The notes under the pieces are model-generated. The model had not been told where the DNA came from and did no database searches. It saw nothing but the letters and a program-made list of their open reading frames with translations. A stretch of DNA of 64,000 nucleotides from Saccostrea cucullata (Eukaryota): positions 558,001-622,000 of the forward strand of contig NW_026935443.1 in NCBI RefSeq assembly GCF_032062105.1, given 5' to 3'. Numbering within the stretch: position 1 is the stretch's first letter; each line of letters opens with the position of its first letter. Of this stretch, positions 60,501 to 64,000 are shown piece by piece. The position numbers were made by a program, and so were the translations under genes.

Positions 60501-60764
60501 GTAATTACGCGAAAATAAAGTTCTCGCTAATAAAAAGTGATTTACAGTAGATTAAACGTTTTGTTTTCAAGTATGTACATGTAATTTATAGAATTGATAC
60601 ACAAGATGTTATATGCTATAAATTGTGTTGTAATTGTATGCTAAATGTGTAATATGATAACATTATTTTATTGTCTTTTTGACAGTTTCCAAAGAAATCC
60701 TAAATTTGCCAATGTTAGTTTAAGGAGAACTATGACAAACGACAGATCCAAACCCCGATTTTAG
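38410..60764 (+). CDS. BAIAP2: IRSp53/BAIAP2-like protein (I-BAR/IMD domain, SH3 domain, Pro-rich region, C-terminal WH2-like tail)
   Basis: Exons: 38410-38457 (MKNTDENHKITESVYK, cf. IRSp53 EEMHRLTENVYK), 38748-38823 (ENFNPG..GKMYHKALQ), 39528-39620, 49446-49507, 50129-50200, 51274-51405 (LKKFRKKS basic patch), 51822-51887, 52368-52454 (ALLEERKCHCFL), 52897-52995, 53605-53758, 54066-54255 (SH3 VRAVYSH..SFMEGDII..DGWQYG), 57535-57603 (GWFPLSFT), 57805-57970 (KSMGDLLD), 58334-58477, 59163-59677 (poly-Pro), 60686-60764 (NPKFANVSLRRTMTNDRSKPRF*). All junctions GT-AG and phase-consistent. AATAAA at 60947. Orthology is to the BAIAP2/BAIAP2L1/BAIAP2L2 family as a whole. Confidence 0.88.
42218..42500 (-). 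mobile_element. Second, diverged tRNA-LTR TRIM copy
   Basis: Minus strand: 5' LTR remnant (ATGCAGGGGTGCCAAGTTCAAATCC), TGGTG PBS-like start, PPT AAAGAGGGATGAA (42346-42358), full 3' LTR 42345-42218 (TGTAA..TAACA) containing CCTGACTAGTGATGCAGGGGGTCCAGGGTTCAATTCCTGGTCCAGC. Confidence 0.65.
43125..43450. repeat. GA-rich microsatellite flanking an assembly gap (N 43246-43382)
   Basis: Polypurine run on both sides of 137 Ns. Confidence 0.95.
43851..44402. mobile_element. PIF/Harbinger-like MITE
   Basis: TIR AGGCCGGTATACAC / GTGTATACCGGCCT with TAA on both sides; internal hairpin at 43857-43920. Confidence 0.8.
45743..46000 (-). mobile_element. Short Helentron-like element
   Basis: AACAAGAAATGTTTGTAAAACAC..ATGCCCC terminus, CAGAC-type microsatellite remnant, GCAATATGCCCC end. 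Confidence 0.55.
46443..46820 (+). mobile_element. Decayed Cg170-type Helentron-like element fragment
   Basis: TTAGTTCAGCTAAGCTGAAAGC..GTGAGCTT start and AACTTTTCACATTTTCAACTTCTCAAGAA..GAAGGGCCA, as in 54372-54720. Confidence 0.6.
46920..47100. mobile_element. TA-target MITE
   Basis: TACAGTAAAACTC ... GAGTTTTACTGTA TIRs. Confidence 0.8.
54372..57476 (+). mobile_element. Full-length Helentron-like element (CvA/Cg_HINE type) with 166-bp Cg170/BIV160-type satellite array
   Basis: 5' TTTTAGCTCACCTGAGCCGAAGGCTCAAGTGAGC, (TCCG/TCTG)n, monomers with CAGGTAGT recurring at about 54705, 54871, 55037, 55202, 55368, 3' CTCAGGTGAGCGATGTGGCCCATGGGCCTC. Interrupted at 55478-56852. Confidence 0.9.
55478..56852. 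mobile_element. Non-autonomous TIR DNA transposon with dense subterminal TGATTT repeats (CACTA/EnSpm-like), nested in the satellite array
   Basis: ATCCCAAGTGAAAAAAATTTCAAACAAATCACT / AGTGATTTGTTTGAGGATTTTTTTCACTTGGGAT TIRs. Splits the host motif AATAGCATAGCCAT with a short AT duplication. Confidence 0.75.
60336..60549. mobile_element. TA-target MITE
   Basis: TACTGTAGATCACTT ... AAGTGATTTACAGTA TIRs. Confidence 0.8.
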
Positions 60765-62879
60765 TACGCAGATGCCACATGGGATAGAAACATCAACTTG
60801 CAGAACAAATTCTTCATATTTAAACTGAACAAAACAATCTCTTGACTGTATATGATTTTCTTCTGTTTATCAATATTTCATTCTTTGTATTTTATCATAT
60901 TGAGATTAATTTTTGTTAATGCTTCCAATATTTATCTACACTGTAAAATAAAGTTTGTACATTAGCATTTTGGTCACAATATTTCCTGTTTTCAGGTCCT
61001 CACATTTCTTGAAAATCGTTTCTTTAGTTCTAGATGCCACACCCTTAAATACACACAATGGAGTACATCACCAGTTCTGATAATTAATATTTCAAATTTT
61101 ATAGATTTCAGAGGTACCAAATTTGAAGTGCTATTTTACCCATTGAAGTCCCCTCAAATTTCATTTTTTTTTCATATTAACTTTCGTTATCTTGAAGGTA
61201 ATGACTTTTTTTTTTACATGGTGGTTTTACGATTTGAATGAGAGTTGTAAATATATAAATGTATATCCAGAAGAGTTAGATATAAATACTTGTAAATGTC
61301 TTTATAGAACAAAGTGTTCAGATACATTTCTGGCTCCTGGAGAATGACTCAGGGATAAAGAAATGGTGCATTAGTAGGAATTCAAAATTTTGCTGGTTCT
61401 TGTTCACAGTTACCAGTTGTTCAACCTATACAGATATGTAAACACTTCATCATAAATATTTAAAGTTATAACTATATGTATTATGTAATTAATGTATTCA
61501 AATGAAGAAAACATGCAATCTATACTTTTCATTCTCACTTCAAGAAAAAGAGATTGTGCTGACATAACCCCATTATCTAAAATTTATGAAAGCTATTAAT
61601 TTTTTTTTTTTGACCAATTCTTCCAATTTAGTTTTCTATTTTTATATATGTAAATTATGGATTTATTTAACCTGCAGTTTGTTACCCATAGCTTGTTGCA
61701 GCCTCTTCATATGTATATCTGTTTTTAATACATATATGTATATATAAATATATGCAAAAAGTAAACTTGCACAGACAAGCTGAAATTCTATATTATAAGT
61801 TGTTATCAACATATATTAACATGCATTCTCTGTAAGCACCAAAAAATCTTGGAAACGACATGTCTCCGATTTTGATGAAATTTGCACCACAGGTGCACCT
61901 TGGTACAAAACCAGCAAATATGGTGTTAGAAGTTTCCCACGTGCACCCGGTTGCCATGGAGACGGATCCATTGAATTTGGCCATTTTCGGCCATTTTTGA
62001 CCAAACAAAAGCATGAAAATTGAGGAAATATGAATGCATTTTTATCTTTATGTAGTGAACTCAAATATAAATCTTTGTATAATAAGAAAACATCAACTGT
62101 TAAAGAATACAGGGCATATAACCAGTTATTCCAGAATTGACCCCACTCTAAGAAAACGGTTCGGCGAAATAGCACAGTTTCTCAAAATGTAAAAAATGGA
62201 AAATTTGCCATTTTTTGAGAAATTTAAGGTTAAATAAAAAAAATTGTCTACGGAAATTTTTCAAATCATATGCGTGTCGTCAAACTTCGGAATTAGTAGT
62301 GTCCCCTCATGAAAAAATTGGAGTGGGATCTCAAGGCTATTTTTAGTAACATGTATCTAAAAATAGACATATTTCAGAAAAATCCAAAAAATGAAATTTG
62401 GGCAGAGTTTTAGATGCCATTGCAAAGTAATTATGAAATATACTGTAAAAGTCATTGTGCTAATGTCAGAGACTGGTCACCAATAACTACCATGCATATT
62501 ATTTTCAGGGATTTCCGTTTTCTATTTATAGCTTCAAATGCCTAAATATAGACATGTCTCATAAAATGATGAAAAATGTCAATTTTTCCTCATTTTGAAG
62601 CTCCACTAAATCATAAATAATAAGTATATGGATCTCTCCAATATTTCATCAATAAGAACAAGGAATATTGTAATATCTCACAAATTATTGGGGACAGGCT
62701 CTCATCTCTATAAATAGTACAAATGTCTAAAAATAGACACATATGAAATTAACTGTTTAATGTTGATTTTCCACTAATTCTCAAATTAGAGATTGGAAAT
62801 TTACCAACTTACAGTCACTAACTGTAACTGATATTATGTGACTGACAAGAACAAAAGAACATTCAATGGAATGCAGCAT

Positions 62880-63625
62880 GATAAGCAGAGGTTTCCATTT
62901 CTATTTATAGTTACACGTGTTTAAAAATAGACGTAATGCAAAATATTGGGAAAATGTCGTTTTTTGTACTTTTTACTAAATTTTTGGATGAATAATTGCT
63001 AACTGTCTGTTTTTAACTGCTATTGGCATATGGTGACCAACAAGTAAAAGAAAGCCTTATATCAAATACAGAATGAGAAGCAGAGGTTTCCATTTCTATT
63101 TATAGTAACACCTGTTTGAAAACAGACGTACTGCAAAATATCAGAAAAATGTAGTTTTTTGTACTTTTTTCTCACATTTTGGATAAACAATTGCAGATTA
63201 TATGTTTTTATAACTGCTAATTGGCATATGGTGACCAACAAGTAAAAGAAAGCATAAACGAAATACAGAATGAGAAGCAGAGGTTTCCATTTCTATTTAT
63301 AGTAACATATGTTTTAAAAATAGACGTAATGCAAAATATCGGAAAAATGTCATTTTTTGTACTTTTTTCTAAATTTTTGGATTAATAATTGCTGACTATA
63401 TGTATTTAACTGCTATTGGCATATAGTGACCAACAAGTAAAAGAAGGCATTATATCAAATACAGAATGAGAAGCAGAGGTTTCCATTTCTATTTATAGTA
63501 ACATGTGTTTAAAAATAGACGTACTGTAAACTATCGGAGAAATGTCATTTTTTGTACTTTTTACTAATATTTTGGATGAATAATTACTGACTCTCTGATT
63601 TTAACTGCTATTGGCATATGGTGAC
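62880..63625. repeat. Tandem array of about 196-bp units x4 within a larger repeat starting near 61780
   Basis: AAGCAGAGGTTTCCATTTCTATTTATAG recurs at about 62883, 63078, 63274, 63470; decayed units further upstream. Confidence 0.8.
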
Positions 63626-64000
63626 TGTTACGGCCATTTCGGTTACTAGACTTTTTAGGGTCATTAGTGTGATGTGACGTCATCGTTTTTGGGGCACAGT
63701 AATTTTTTGTGTAGAGCCCGTGTTATCATGGCAGAACGCGGCAGGGCTTGGTGCCGCATTTGTTACCAGTTTGCCATTTGCTAGTTTACTATGATATTTT
63801 CCAGTCTTTGTACTGATATTTATTTCACCGGAGGAAACTTCTAATTGGTGAGTTTTTCTATGTAAATCATTTAGCTGTATACACTGTATATTTGTCATCT
63901 CGGTAAAGTTAGCATTTTTATGAACCTGGCTATCTAGTTATTGTTGAAAGTACTTGTGCACTATGTTGGAGTGATAATTATAATGCAATTAGTAAATTAG

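Overview
AT-rich, intron-rich animal genomic DNA, most likely a bivalve mollusc (ostreid oyster-like, inferred from 166-bp Cg170/BIV160-type satellite monomers inside Helentron-derived elements). I reconstructed three multi-exon genes by hand from splice sites and reading phase. (1) A peflin-like penta-EF-hand gene (minus, 3505-10691, 279 aa). (2) A mitochondrial 2-oxoglutarate dehydrogenase E1 gene, OGDH (minus, 13094-36496, about 994 aa; coding exon 2 is corrupted in this sequence). (3) Head-to-head with OGDH, an IRSp53/BAIAP2-like I-BAR+SH3 gene (plus, 38410-60764). Introns hold Helentron-like elements with satellite arrays, MITEs, a tRNA-derived SINE and one N gap. Most interesting: a pair of apparently mutually exclusive EF-hand exons in the peflin-like gene separated by only 45 nt; a second mutually exclusive pair in neighbouring OGDH that switches the (D/S)ADLD Ca2+-site segment; UGCAUG motifs downstream of both pairs; and two miniature LTR retrotransposons (TRIMs) whose LTRs contain a tRNA-like Pol III promoter (Helenus/Cassandra-type). 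Some local mosaic duplications look like consensus or assembly artefacts.
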